Of a stretch of DNA of 36,767 nucleotides, positions 27,043-35,839 are shown piece after piece. The stretch covers positions 1-36,767 of the forward strand of contig CAZHPE010000004.1 in NCBI GenBank assembly GCA_964534775.1, in the 5' to 3' direction. Below the pieces are notes generated by a model. It saw only the letters and a program-made list of their open reading frames with translations. It had not been told where the DNA came from and searched no databases. Positions within the stretch are counted from its first letter, which is position 1, and each line of letters starts with the position of its first letter. This DNA is from an uncultured candidatus Brocadiaceae bacterium. GTDB lineage: Bacteria > Planctomycetota > Brocadiia > SM23-32. A program made the translations under genes and the position numbers.

Positions 27043-27768
27043 ATGGCTGAGACGAATGAAACTGAGGAGGCGCGAGAGTTCCGGCGCATCGGCGTGATGG
27101 GTCTCAGCCGGTTCGGCTACGGCCTGGCGGTCTGGCTCTCCGATCTGGGCGCCGAGGTGCTGGCCGTCGACTCCGACCGTTCGAAGATCGAGGAGATCGA
27201 CCAGCGGGTCTCCCGGGCCATCTGCCTGGACGTGACGAACGAGTTCGCCATGAGGAAGCTGGAGGTGGCTTCGCTGGACCTGGCCATCATCTGCATCGGC
27301 CAGAACATGGAGGCCAACCTCCTTGCCACGCGCGTGGTCCAGAAGCTCGGCGCCAGGACCATCTGGGTGCGGGCCATCGACCAGAGCCAGGCCGAAATCC
27401 TGGAGGCCATGGGGGTCGACAAGATTATCAGCCTCGAGAAGGAGATGGCGCGCCAGGTGGCGCAGAACATCACCATGCCAGGCACGCGAATGCTGGCGCC
27501 CATCACGGTCGATCACTCCCTCGCCGAGGTCAACGCGCGGCGCGAGTTCGTGGGCAAGACGGTTGCGGAGATCAATTTCCGCCAGGACTACGGCGTGAAC
27601 GTCGTGGCGATCAAATCACGAGCTGTCACCAAGGATGCCAGCGGCCACGAAAAGGTGGAAGCCGTGATCAACGACCTGCCGTCGGCGAGCGACGTCATCC
27701 GCAAAGGCGACGTTCTGGTGGTCATCGGGGCCGACGACCACATCGTCGCGCTTCAGACCGAACGATAG
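27043..27768 (+). CDS. TrkA/KtrA-type RCK (TrkA-N + TrkA-C) potassium-transport regulatory protein
   Basis: AGGAGC lies upstream of ATG 27043, within ORF 26815..27768. Motifs are IGVMGLSRFGYGLAVWLSDLGAEVLAVDSD and the C-terminal TrkA-C GKTVAEINFRQDYGVNVVAIK...GDVLVVIG. No membrane partner gene is adjacent. Confidence 0.8.
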   Translation: MAETNETEEAREFRRIGVMGLSRFGYGLAVWLSDLGAEVLAVDSDRSKIEEIDQRVSRAICLDVTNEFAMRKLEVASLDLAIICIGQNMEANLLATRVVQKLGARTIWVRAIDQSQAEILEAMGVDKIISLEKEMARQVAQNITMPGTRMLAPITVDHSLAEVNARREFVGKTVAEINFRQDYGVNVVAIKSRAVTKDASGHEKVEAVINDLPSASDVIRKGDVLVVIGADDHIVALQTER

Positions 27769-27870
27769 CGCATAACCACCCCGCCCCGCCTGCGTGCCCT
27801 CTCATGCCCCGGAGCGGCCCCGCCCGAGTAGGAGTATCTCTCCCAATTTCTTGCCTTTTCCGTGCCATAA

Positions 27871-28404
27871 TCATGGATAGGAGTACAGGGGAGACCATGG
27901 GCAGCACGGCAAATGCCCCAAGGACGCGTCACTCTTTTCTCGTATCAGGTCAGCCAAGACCTCTTGGGTCCCCGTTCTCACCAGTCCGCCTCTTCCAAGC
28001 TCGCCTTTCCAGCCGAGCATGGGCGCGACGACTTGCTCCCATGTCGTCCAACTCACAAGGAGCTTAAGCTCTGTCCCCAGGATTGCCAGCTCAACCAACC
28101 GCGTTGTCCTGAAGAGCGAGGTGACTCGCCCAAGCAGTGAGGCCCTGCCCACACGCGGATTGGAAAGCGCGTCCCACGGTATGAGCATGGGCTTTACGCG
28201 GGGGAACGGCGTGAGCCAGGATCGTAGGGGAGGAACGTATCCTTCAACGCCCAGGCCTGCCATTCTCGGATGGAGCCAGCACATACGGACGCCATGTGTC
28301 ACTCGGACCGGGTCCCAAAGCCACCCCCCCTGGAGCGCTGTCCTTTCATTGCCTGAGGCGTTCCATACTTGCGCTCTGCGGCGGGCAGATTCAGCATTCG
28401 CCAT
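27871..28404 (-). CDS. Hypothetical 177-aa Trp-rich protein, no family recognised
   Basis: It is the only long open frame in an AT-richer patch (ORF 27871..28455). ATG 28404 overlaps the stop of the upstream 38-codon ORF by 14 nt. It contains 10 Trp codons. Confidence 0.35.
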   Translation of the reverse strand: MANAESARRRAQVWNASGNERTALQGGWLWDPVRVTHGVRMCWLHPRMAGLGVEGYVPPLRSWLTPFPRVKPMLIPWDALSNPRVGRASLLGRVTSLFRTTRLVELAILGTELKLLVSWTTWEQVVAPMLGWKGELGRGGLVRTGTQEVLADLIREKSDASLGHLPCCPWSPLYSYP

Positions 28405-28507
28405 ATGGTGGGGATTCTTTGTGCATAACCCGTAAGGCGTAGAAAAGCAGGGCAATAGTAACCACGCCCATCACAACCCCGCCTGCACCGCTAACGAAAA
28501 TGTTCAT
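28391..28507 (-). CDS. Hypothetical 38-aa single-TM peptide
   Basis: GGAGGG lies 9 nt upstream of ATG 28507. Translation is MNIFVSGAGGVVMGVVTIALLFYALRVMHKESPPYGEC. It is below the length cut-off of the ORF track. Confidence 0.35.
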   Translation of the reverse strand: MNIFVSGAGGVVMGVVTIALLFYALRVMHKESPPYGEC

Positions 28508-28633
28508 GCGGAGACGCCCTCCGAGTGAATGGAGCCCTGATCCCAGGCAGCCCTCCGGAGTAGCCCGTTGAAAAAAAGCCCGGCATACGAGTCACGCGCA
28601 GGCATCCTTGCCAAATAGCAGCAGTTCAACGCC

Positions 28634-28655
28634 CGTAGGGGGTGTACCCCCTACG
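28634..28655. repeat. Near-perfect 22-bp palindrome CGTAGGGGGT-GT-ACCCCCTACG
   Basis: Read directly. It has 10-bp arms and a 2-bp centre. As RNA it would form a 9-bp stem with a UGUA loop, and there is no adjacent U-run. Confidence 0.6.
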
Positions 28656-28837
28656 TAATTCTTGCACGGAGAATGGGCTTAATCGGGAGAGAAACTCGCC
28701 TCCTTGTGGCGGGGAGAATGCCCTGCCAGCTGCTGGCGATTTGCGTTCTTATCGTAGCAGCCCCCCTAAGTTCCAACCGGGCCGGCGAAGCCCCACGTTG
28801 CCAGGCGCCGTGCCCATGCAAAGGCAAGGCAGAAAGA

Positions 28838-29821
28838 TCATTTGCCGAAGCCGTCCGGATGGTTGCGGTGCCACTGCCAGGCCGTCTCCACTATCCGGCG
28901 CAGTGACGGGAAGCGCGGCTCCCATCCGAGCTCGGTCCTGATCCTCTCTGCGCTACCCACCAGCTCCGGCGGGTCCCCCGGCCGCCTCCCGGCCGCCTCC
29001 TCCGGCACCTCCATGTCGGTCACCTCCCGCACCATGTCGATGACCTCCCTGATGGAGTGGCCCCGGCCCGTGCTCAGGTTGTAGACAAGGGGCGAGCGGT
29101 CCCCAAGCGCCTCCATGGCGAGCACGTGCGCGCTCCCAAGGTCGAGCACGTGAACGTAGTCCCGAATGCACGTGCCGTCGGGCGTGGGATAATCCGTCCC
29201 GAACACCTTCAGCGCCCCCCCCCGGCCCATCGCTGCCCGGATGGCGGCAGGGATGAGATGGGTCTCCGGGTCATGGTCCTCGCCCAGAGAGCCGTCGGGC
29301 AGGGCGCCGGCGGCGTTAAAATACCTAAGCGAGGCATATCTCAGCCCGTAGGCCGCGGCGTAGTCTGCCAGGATTCCCTCCACGGTCGCCTTCGTCCGGC
29401 CGTAGGGGTTGACGGGCCCGATGGGGAAATCTTCCGTGATGGGCACCCGTGCAGGAACGCCGTAGACGGCGCACGAGCTAGAGAAGACGAACCGCTCCAC
29501 ACCCGCCCGCCGCGCGGCGCGCAGGAGCCTGAGCGTGTTGACCACGTTATTGAAATAGTAAGCCTCAGGCTTCTCGGCCGACTCCCCCACGTAGGCGCTG
29601 GCCGCGAAGTGCATCACCGCCTCAGCGCCGCTCGCCCCGAGCGCGCGGCAGACCTGCTCCTCATCTTCCAGGTCCGCCTGCACCAGCTCGCAACCCCTGA
29701 TGGCGGCCGCGCGTCCCACGCTGAGGTTGTCGACTACCACGGGCGTGTGGCCCGCCTCGATGAACTCGACGACGGCGTGGCTGCCGATGTAGCCGGCTCC
29801 CCCGGTGACAAGGACTCTCAT
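28838..29821 (-). CDS. galE: UDP-glucose 4-epimerase
   Basis: ATG 29821 within ORF 28838..30034. Motifs are MRVLVTGGAGYIGSH, SSSCAVYG and NPYGRTK (YxxxK). Length is 327 aa. Confidence 0.92.
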   Translation of the reverse strand: MRVLVTGGAGYIGSHAVVEFIEAGHTPVVVDNLSVGRAAAIRGCELVQADLEDEEQVCRALGASGAEAVMHFAASAYVGESAEKPEAYYFNNVVNTLRLLRAARRAGVERFVFSSSCAVYGVPARVPITEDFPIGPVNPYGRTKATVEGILADYAAAYGLRYASLRYFNAAGALPDGSLGEDHDPETHLIPAAIRAAMGRGGALKVFGTDYPTPDGTCIRDYVHVLDLGSAHVLAMEALGDRSPLVYNLSTGRGHSIREVIDMVREVTDMEVPEEAAGRRPGDPPELVGSAERIRTELGWEPRFPSLRRIVETAWQWHRNHPDGFGK

Positions 29822-29832
29822 GCCCCGGCCTG

Positions 29833-30759
29833 CTACCTCCCTACCACGAAAGACTCTTCGTCGACGAACGCATTCAGCCTTATGTCCGAAAGCTGGATCC
29901 GCACGGAAGTCCCCTCCAGCGGCGGCGGATAGTAGATCACGAAGTCGCTGGGCACGTCCACCGTCACACGCGTTCCCGCGGGGATGTCTTTGCCAATGTC
30001 CGGTCCGGTGACGGTACGCCAGTTCAAAATCCATATCCGCGTGCGCAGGGACCCGTCAAAACGGAACTTATCCAGTGCCAGCACACGCCCCGTGCGCCAG
30101 TCAACGGCTAGGCTGCTGAGAATCTTCAGGGCCGGCGCGGGCGCACTCACGACGCGCAGAGAATCGACGTAGACCGCGCTGTGCAGCTTTCGGGCTGAGG
30201 ATGAGGCCGGGGAGTGGACGTCCAGAAGGGGGGGGTAGGTCCTCAGGGCCTGGACCGTGCCGTCGAAGAGGGTCGTCATGTCCAGGGTGTCTGCCACGTC
30301 GTCGGCCACGAAGTGGATGCGGCCGGCCTTCTTCTCCAGTGGGGCGCCATAGCGCCCCGAATACTGGAGACCACCGCCCAGCATGGGCATGCGGGTCTGA
30401 TACCTCTGGCCGTCGCCGATAACCCCGACGGCAAGCTCGCCGGCCCGCCTCAGGTCGATGCGCACGCGCCCCGACTTCATGAGAGACAGTTGGCCGTCCA
30501 TCTTCAACTGCCCCCTCGGCCTCATGTCCACGTTGGCGAGGACGGCATCGCATCTTGCCGTGAGCGTCATGATAGGCTGGGAGTTAGTCCGGACCATCTG
30601 CTTGATGGCATCCAAGTCAGGATAGGGTCCAAGGCTCACCCGCACGGGCATCTTCAGCTCCCGCTCGCCCCCCCCGCCTCCGCAGGCCGACAGCAGAATG
30701 GCGAGCAGGCCGACCCCCAGCATCGTTCTCCCCACACGCGCCCCGTACCTGCATTTCAT
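29833..30759 (-). CDS. Putative lipoprotein (LolA/LolB-like beta-fold suspected)
   Basis: AGGAGG lies 7 nt upstream of ATG 30759, within ORF 29833..30795. The lipobox is LLAILLSAC followed by a Gly run. It is probably co-transcribed with galE (11-nt gap). Confidence 0.7.
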   Translation of the reverse strand: MKCRYGARVGRTMLGVGLLAILLSACGGGGGERELKMPVRVSLGPYPDLDAIKQMVRTNSQPIMTLTARCDAVLANVDMRPRGQLKMDGQLSLMKSGRVRIDLRRAGELAVGVIGDGQRYQTRMPMLGGGLQYSGRYGAPLEKKAGRIHFVADDVADTLDMTTLFDGTVQALRTYPPLLDVHSPASSSARKLHSAVYVDSLRVVSAPAPALKILSSLAVDWRTGRVLALDKFRFDGSLRTRIWILNWRTVTGPDIGKDIPAGTRVTVDVPSDFVIYYPPPLEGTSVRIQLSDIRLNAFVDEESFVVGR

Positions 30760-30781
30760 ACCAGAACCTCCTGCTGAACAA

Positions 30782-31258
30782 CTATACGATGTCATCCCCC
30801 GTCATGTCGTAGGTCCACCGCAACGCGTCGGCCGGATGGCACACCAGCCCTTCCTCCCGGAAGAATCGCGCGATCTCCTCCTCGGCACTCTGCGGGGTAT
30901 CGCTGCCATGGATCAGATTGTACCTGTTGCTGAGTGCAAAGTCACCCCTTATCGTTCCCGGCAGGCTGTTGCAGCCGAACGTCTCGCCCATCATTTGCCT
31001 GGTGACGCGCACGGCATTCTTGCCCTGCAGCACCATCGCCACGATCGGGCCGCTCGCCGTGTAGCGAACCAGCGGCTCGTAGAAATCCTTGCCCCTGTGG
31101 AGCGCGTAATGCTCCCGCACGAACTCCTCCGAGAGCCGGACCATTTTGATGGCGACGATCTGAAACCCTCGTCTTTCGAGGCGGGATATGATCTCCCCAA
31201 CCAACCGGCGCTGCACGGCGTCCGGCTTCAGGAACACCAGCGTCTTTTCCAGCGGCAT
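30782..31258 (-). CDS. ndk: Nucleoside-diphosphate kinase
   Basis: GGAGGA lies upstream of ATG 31258. Motifs are LEKTLVFLKPDAVQRRLVGEIISRLERRGF, GPIVAMVL and NLIHGSD. Confidence 0.93.
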   Translation of the reverse strand: MPLEKTLVFLKPDAVQRRLVGEIISRLERRGFQIVAIKMVRLSEEFVREHYALHRGKDFYEPLVRYTASGPIVAMVLQGKNAVRVTRQMMGETFGCNSLPGTIRGDFALSNRYNLIHGSDTPQSAEEEIARFFREEGLVCHPADALRWTYDMTGDDIV

Positions 31259-31320
31259 CGGCTCCTCCGGTGTATCTCGCGGCGGCACACGGCATGCGCC
31301 TGCGACACATGCGCAAAGCG

Positions 31321-31349
31321 ATTATAGCGCGTGGAGTGAAGCTTGACAA
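31321..31349 (-). promoter_or_regulatory. Sigma70-type promoter for ndk, TTGTCA-17-TATAAT (minus strand)
   Basis: Plus-strand attata at 31321-31326 and tgacaa at 31344-31349, with a 17-bp spacer. It lies about 60 nt upstream of the ndk start. Confidence 0.6.
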
Positions 31350-31405
31350 TCGCGCTCGCCGCTGCATCGCGCACGGCGGCTTTCGGCGCCCGGCACGCAC
31401 CGGCA

Positions 31406-32404
31406 CTAACGGAGGAACGCTATCGAGCGCCTCGCGCCCTCGCTCCCCGGATCGGAGCTGATCCTGCGATAGACTTCGGCGGCGCAGCAGATGTCCTGGA
31501 TGGCCAAGCCCGTCGTGTCGAAGACCGTGACCTGGTCCGGGCGTTCGCGGCCGGGCTTTCGGCCTGTGACGACCTCGCCGATGTCCCCGTGAATGTTGGC
31601 GCGCGAGATAAGGCCTTCCTTCATCGCGACGTTGATCTCGCCGCTGTGCGATGCCTGCGCCCAATTGTCGATAACGACCACCGCGCGCTTAAGGATCGCG
31701 GGGTCCAGCTCCTGCTTCCCGGCAGCGTCCGCGCCGATGGCGTTGATGTGGGTGCCGCCGCGCACCCAGTCGTCCATGACTATCGCGCCGCGCGAGGGGG
31801 TGGTCGTCGTGAGCACGTCGCACTCACGCGTCACCTCTTCCACGCTCGCGCCCGCCTCCGCTTCCAGGCCAAGCTCCTGCTGGCACCAGTCGCAGAAACG
31901 CTCGGCCGCCTCCCTCCGCATGTCAAAAGCGACCGCCCGGCGTACTGACGGCAGAACCACCGCAAGCGCAGCAGCCTGGGTGTGGGCCTGCGCGCCCGTG
32001 CCGACGAATCCTGCAACCTCAGAGTCGGGCCGCGCGAGGTGTTTTGCCGCCACGCCGCCCGCCGCGCCGGTGCGAAGGCCCGTGAGGTAAGTTGCGTCCA
32101 TCACGGCAAGCGGAAAGCCGTCCTCGGGGTCCACAAGCGTGATGGTGGCCATGACCGTGGAAATGCCGGTGTTCTGCGGGTGGACGTTGACGTTCTTCAC
32201 CCCTGCAATGCCCAGCGTGGGCAGGTAGGCCGGCATCGACCGCAGGTCGCCCTTTTCAAAGGTCAGGTAGACCTTCGGCGGCATCTGCACCTGGTCTTCG
32301 CCATAGAGCCGGAAAGCGTTCTCGACACACTCGACGGCGTCGCGGACGTCGAAGACTGCCTCGATTTCATGCTTCGTGACCAAGATGGTTGCGCGCGATC
32401 CCAT
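31406..32404 (-). CDS. Ornithine cyclodeaminase / mu-crystallin family protein
   Basis: ATG 32404 within ORF 31406..32452. Motifs are DLRSMPAYLPTLGIAGVKNVNVHPQN, LTGLRTGAAGGVAAKHLA and GTGAQA (Rossmann). Confidence 0.85.
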   Translation of the reverse strand: MGSRATILVTKHEIEAVFDVRDAVECVENAFRLYGEDQVQMPPKVYLTFEKGDLRSMPAYLPTLGIAGVKNVNVHPQNTGISTVMATITLVDPEDGFPLAVMDATYLTGLRTGAAGGVAAKHLARPDSEVAGFVGTGAQAHTQAAALAVVLPSVRRAVAFDMRREAAERFCDWCQQELGLEAEAGASVEEVTRECDVLTTTTPSRGAIVMDDWVRGGTHINAIGADAAGKQELDPAILKRAVVVIDNWAQASHSGEINVAMKEGLISRANIHGDIGEVVTGRKPGRERPDQVTVFDTTGLAIQDICCAAEVYRRISSDPGSEGARRSIAFLR

Positions 32405-32494
32405 GGATGCTGTGCCCTGTTTCAAGGTAGGACGCACACGCGAGCGCGGCACAACGAGCAGCCCGGCGCTCGCTGCATCCGGTCCGCCCGCACG

Positions 32495-33247
32495 TTATGG
32501 ACCCGACAGATCGATCCGCGACAGCTCGAGCATGTGCACGGCCCAGGTCTCCGTGTTCCTGGCCGACAACTTCAGCTTGCCGGCTCTGCCGGCCTCGGTT
32601 CCGTATAAGATCAGGCCGTGGCCCAACTGCCCCGGCTCGATCCGTTTGTTGGCCAGGGACCGGGCATGCAGATCCAGCATGATGTCCGTGTCAACCCTCT
32701 GGCGGTCCCACCATAGGCCTTTTGCGCCGCCAACGAGCGCTCCGCCTGCCGCGCCGATGGCGGCCCCACCGAGGACAGCCTCGCCCGTGTGGGTATCCGT
32801 CAGTACCCCCACGGCCAGCCCGCCCACGGCTCCGATGGAAGTGCCCACCAACGCGCCCTTGCCGGCCCCGGGAGCGACCTCGCCCCAGCCCGTCTTCTCG
32901 GAGATCCGTTCATGGGCCACGACCTGATCCAAGACATCCCCGTGCCGCCCGGCCGTGTCCACCAGGAACGTCTGCGCCGCGACGATCTCGAACGCCGCAT
33001 AGCCGTTGTTGGCTGTCACCACCTGCACGGGCAGTATGCCCGCCTTGATGATGTCGAAGCCGAACGCCTCCTTCGCCTCGCGGCGATCGTCGATCACCCG
33101 CGCACCAAACACCACACCGTCCAGCTCCGCGCTGTCGGCGTGCTCCGACGGCATACGGAACGCCAGAGGCTTCCTTTCGTACCGCGCGCAGCCGGACGCC
33201 GCCACCAGCACCACCGCCAGCACCAAACTCATCTTCCACCGCATCAT
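32495..33247 (-). CDS. Putative lipoprotein with glycine-zipper segment
   Basis: GGGAGGGA lies upstream of ATG 33247. The signal plus lipobox is LVLAVVLVAASGC, and the Gly-rich stretch is GAGKGALVGTSIGAVGGLAVGV...GGAAIGAAGGALVGGA. Confidence 0.7.
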   Translation of the reverse strand: MMRWKMSLVLAVVLVAASGCARYERKPLAFRMPSEHADSAELDGVVFGARVIDDRREAKEAFGFDIIKAGILPVQVVTANNGYAAFEIVAAQTFLVDTAGRHGDVLDQVVAHERISEKTGWGEVAPGAGKGALVGTSIGAVGGLAVGVLTDTHTGEAVLGGAAIGAAGGALVGGAKGLWWDRQRVDTDIMLDLHARSLANKRIEPGQLGHGLILYGTEAGRAGKLKLSARNTETWAVHMLELSRIDLSGP

Positions 33248-33320
33248 CTCAGTCCCTCCCTCATTTCGGCGAAAAGCCCCCGTTTGTTAGTATACCTTCG
33301 GCACCCCGTCAGCGCCAGGC

Positions 33321-33349
33321 TTGACTTGGGGACCGGCGTCGACTATGAA
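33321..33349 (+). promoter_or_regulatory. Candidate sigma70 promoter for priA, TTGACT-17-TATGAA
   Basis: TTGACT at 33321-33326 and TATGAA at 33344-33349, with a 17-bp spacer, about 55 nt upstream of priA. Confidence 0.45.
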
Positions 33350-33402
33350 TGGTGGTGGACCGGGCGTGGTCCGACTCGCTTCTCTCTTAGCGGAAACCTT
33401 GG

Positions 33403-35745
33403 ATGACCTCAGCCGAACCCCACACTCCCTGCCGCATCGCCGAGATCGCCCTGAACCTGCCGCTCAGGCATTCGTTCGACTACCTCATTCCGGACGCGCT
33501 GCTGGGGCGCGTCCCGATAGGGGGACGGGTGAGGGTGCCCTTCGGTACGCGCAGGAACGTGCTCGGCTACTGCGTGGGCCTCAAGGAGAAGAGCGAGGTG
33601 CCGGCGGACAAACTCAAAGCCGTCATCCACAGCCTGGACGAGGAGCCGATCTTCACGCCCAGAATGCTCGAGCTCGGGCGATGGATGGCGCACTACTACC
33701 ACTGCGCCCTGGGCGAGGCGCTCAACGCCGCTATCCCGGCCGCCGTGCATGCGGCCCGCAAGAGCCGCCGCGTGCAGGTCGCGCGGCTGCTCGCGTCGCC
33801 TGCGGAGGCGCTCAAGCTGGCCGACCGCATCTTCGACACCTCCCCCGCCCAGGGAAAGCTCCTTCGCACGCTCGCCCAGATGGGCGGCCACGCGCCGGCG
33901 ACCGAGCTCCTCAGGACGGCCGGGGTTTCGCGCACCTCGCTGAAGTCACTTGAAAAGGAAGACGGGGCACTCAACGTGGAGCTGGAGGTGGTCGAGGACG
34001 AAGAGGACCCGCTCACCCATGTCGAGGCCGGACTCCAGGACCCGTGGCCCCTCACCCCCGAGCAGCAACACGCCTACCAGGTCATAACCAATCGCATGAC
34101 GCGCGGGCGCTTCGACGTGGTGCTGCTGCACGGGATCACCTCGAGCGGCAAGACCGAGGTCTACCTCCAGACCATCGCCAAGTGCGCGCGCATGGGCCGG
34201 CAGGCCATCGTTCTGGTTCCGGAGATCTGCCTCACCCCCCAGACGGTGCGCCACTTCCGCAGCCGGTTCCGGCGTCTGGCCGTGCTACACAGCCGGCTGA
34301 CCGACCGCGAGCGCAAGCGCCAGTGGCACGCCATCCGCGCCGGGCAGGCGGACGTTGTGATCGGGGCCCGCTCGGCCATTTTCGCGCCCGTGCCGTCGCT
34401 GGGCCTGCTGGTGGTCGACGAGGAGCACGAGAACAGCTTCAAGCAGGATAACGTCCCGCGCTACCACGCGCGCGACGTGGGCATCATGCGCGCGAAGGCG
34501 GACGACGCGCTGGTGGTGCTCGGCACCGCTACGCCGAGCCTTGAAAGCTACCACAATGCGCTCACGGGGCGCTACACGCTCGTGAAGCTGCCGCGGCGCA
34601 TCGGCGGGCACCCCCTGCCGCCGGTTGAGGTCGTGGACATGCGCGAGGAGTGGCGGACGAGGGCGACTACCCCGGCGCCGGCGACCACCACAACGACGGC
34701 AGCGCCCGAGACGGAGGCGAAGCTCTTCAGGAGGGCCGTCCAGGGCTCCCGGGTGATCAGTCGAAAGCTCGAAGAGTGCATGCGCGAGAGTCTGGGCAAG
34801 GGCGAGCAGATCATCCTCTTCCTCAACCGGCGGGGGTTCTCGCCGCACATCTACTGCCCGCGCTGCGGCTACGCGCACAAGTGCGAGCGGTGCGAGATCA
34901 CCATGAACTGGCACCGGCGCCTGGGCGTGGTGGCCTGCCATTACTGCGGGCACGAGGAGCGGCCTCCCGCGCGCTGCCCCGAGTGCGGAGGCGACAGCAT
35001 CCGCTATGTCGGAATCGGCACCGAGCGCGTGGAGGAAACTGTCCGGGCGATGCTGCCAGGTTGCCGAACCGTGCGCATGGACTCCGACACGATGAAGACG
35101 CGCACCGCGCACGAGAAGGACCTCGAGGAGTTCCGCACGCGCCGCGCCGACGTGCTGGTGGGCACGCAGATGATAGCGAAGGGCCTGGACTTCCCGAACG
35201 TGACGACCGTCGGCGTGATCAACGCGGACGTGACGCTGCACCTGCCCGACTTCCGCTCGCGCGAAAGGTCCTTCCAGCTTCTGGCTCAGGTGGCGGGCCG
35301 CACCGGCCGCGGGGAGGCGGGCGGGCAAGTGGTGATCCAGACCTTCATGCCCGACGACCCGAGCGTGCGGGCGGCGGCCGGGCACGATTACGAACGCTTC
35401 GCCGAGCAGGAGCTTCAGATGCGCCGGCGCGCCGGCTACCCGCCGTACGCCCGCATGGCCCGCATCGTGTGCTCCGGGCCGCACCTCGAACCGGTCGAGC
35501 GCTACATGCTCACGCTCGGCGAGGAACTGGAGCGCCTCTGCCGGGAGCGCGCCGACGGTTCGGCGGTGCTCGGCCCGGCGCCCGCCCCCATGCCGCTCAT
35601 CAAGCGCCGCCACCGCTATCACATTCTGCTGAAATGCCCCACTGCCGCCGCGACCCATGAACTTCTCGACGCCGCCGATGAGTTGCCGAACAGCCCTTCA
35701 GGGGCCAGCGTGGTGGTGGACGTCGACCCCTACTCGATGCTGTAG
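33403..35745 (+). CDS. priA: Primosomal protein N' (replication restart helicase PriA)
   Basis: IAEIALNLPLRHSFDYLIP, Walker A GITSSGKTEVY, DEEHE, the Cys-rich zinc region CPRCGY...CERC...CHYCG...CPECG, and VLVGTQMIAKGLDFPNV. Confidence 0.95.
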   Translation: MTSAEPHTPCRIAEIALNLPLRHSFDYLIPDALLGRVPIGGRVRVPFGTRRNVLGYCVGLKEKSEVPADKLKAVIHSLDEEPIFTPRMLELGRWMAHYYHCALGEALNAAIPAAVHAARKSRRVQVARLLASPAEALKLADRIFDTSPAQGKLLRTLAQMGGHAPATELLRTAGVSRTSLKSLEKEDGALNVELEVVEDEEDPLTHVEAGLQDPWPLTPEQQHAYQVITNRMTRGRFDVVLLHGITSSGKTEVYLQTIAKCARMGRQAIVLVPEICLTPQTVRHFRSRFRRLAVLHSRLTDRERKRQWHAIRAGQADVVIGARSAIFAPVPSLGLLVVDEEHENSFKQDNVPRYHARDVGIMRAKADDALVVLGTATPSLESYHNALTGRYTLVKLPRRIGGHPLPPVEVVDMREEWRTRATTPAPATTTTTAAPETEAKLFRRAVQGSRVISRKLEECMRESLGKGEQIILFLNRRGFSPHIYCPRCGYAHKCERCEITMNWHRRLGVVACHYCGHEERPPARCPECGGDSIRYVGIGTERVEETVRAMLPGCRTVRMDSDTMKTRTAHEKDLEEFRTRRADVLVGTQMIAKGLDFPNVTTVGVINADVTLHLPDFRSRERSFQLLAQVAGRTGRGEAGGQVVIQTFMPDDPSVRAAAGHDYERFAEQELQMRRRAGYPPYARMARIVCSGPHLEPVERYMLTLGEELERLCRERADGSAVLGPAPAPMPLIKRRHRYHILLKCPTAAATHELLDAADELPNSPSGASVVVDVDPYSML

Positions 35746-35763
35746 CAGGCCCGGCAATGAGCT

Positions 35764-35791
35764 TTGTCCGCTCAAGGGCTCGTGTTACAAT
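35764..35791 (+). promoter_or_regulatory. Candidate promoter, TTGTCC-16-(TGt)TACAAT
   Basis: TTGTCC at 35764-35769 and an extended -10 TGTTACAAT at 35783-35791, immediately upstream of the acyl-CoA synthetase relic. Confidence 0.3.
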
Positions 35792-35839
35792 CGCCCAGGG
35801 TTCGCGGTGCCGCCAGCGGGAGTCGGAAAGGACGTGGGG

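Noticed and set aside
28391-28507. The 38-aa TM peptide considered as KdpF, because of the LLFYAL core and proximity to a K+-transport regulator gene.
   Set aside because: No kdpA/B/C genes follow it, it is on the opposite strand from the trkA-like gene, and the resemblance is limited to generic hydrophobic residues.
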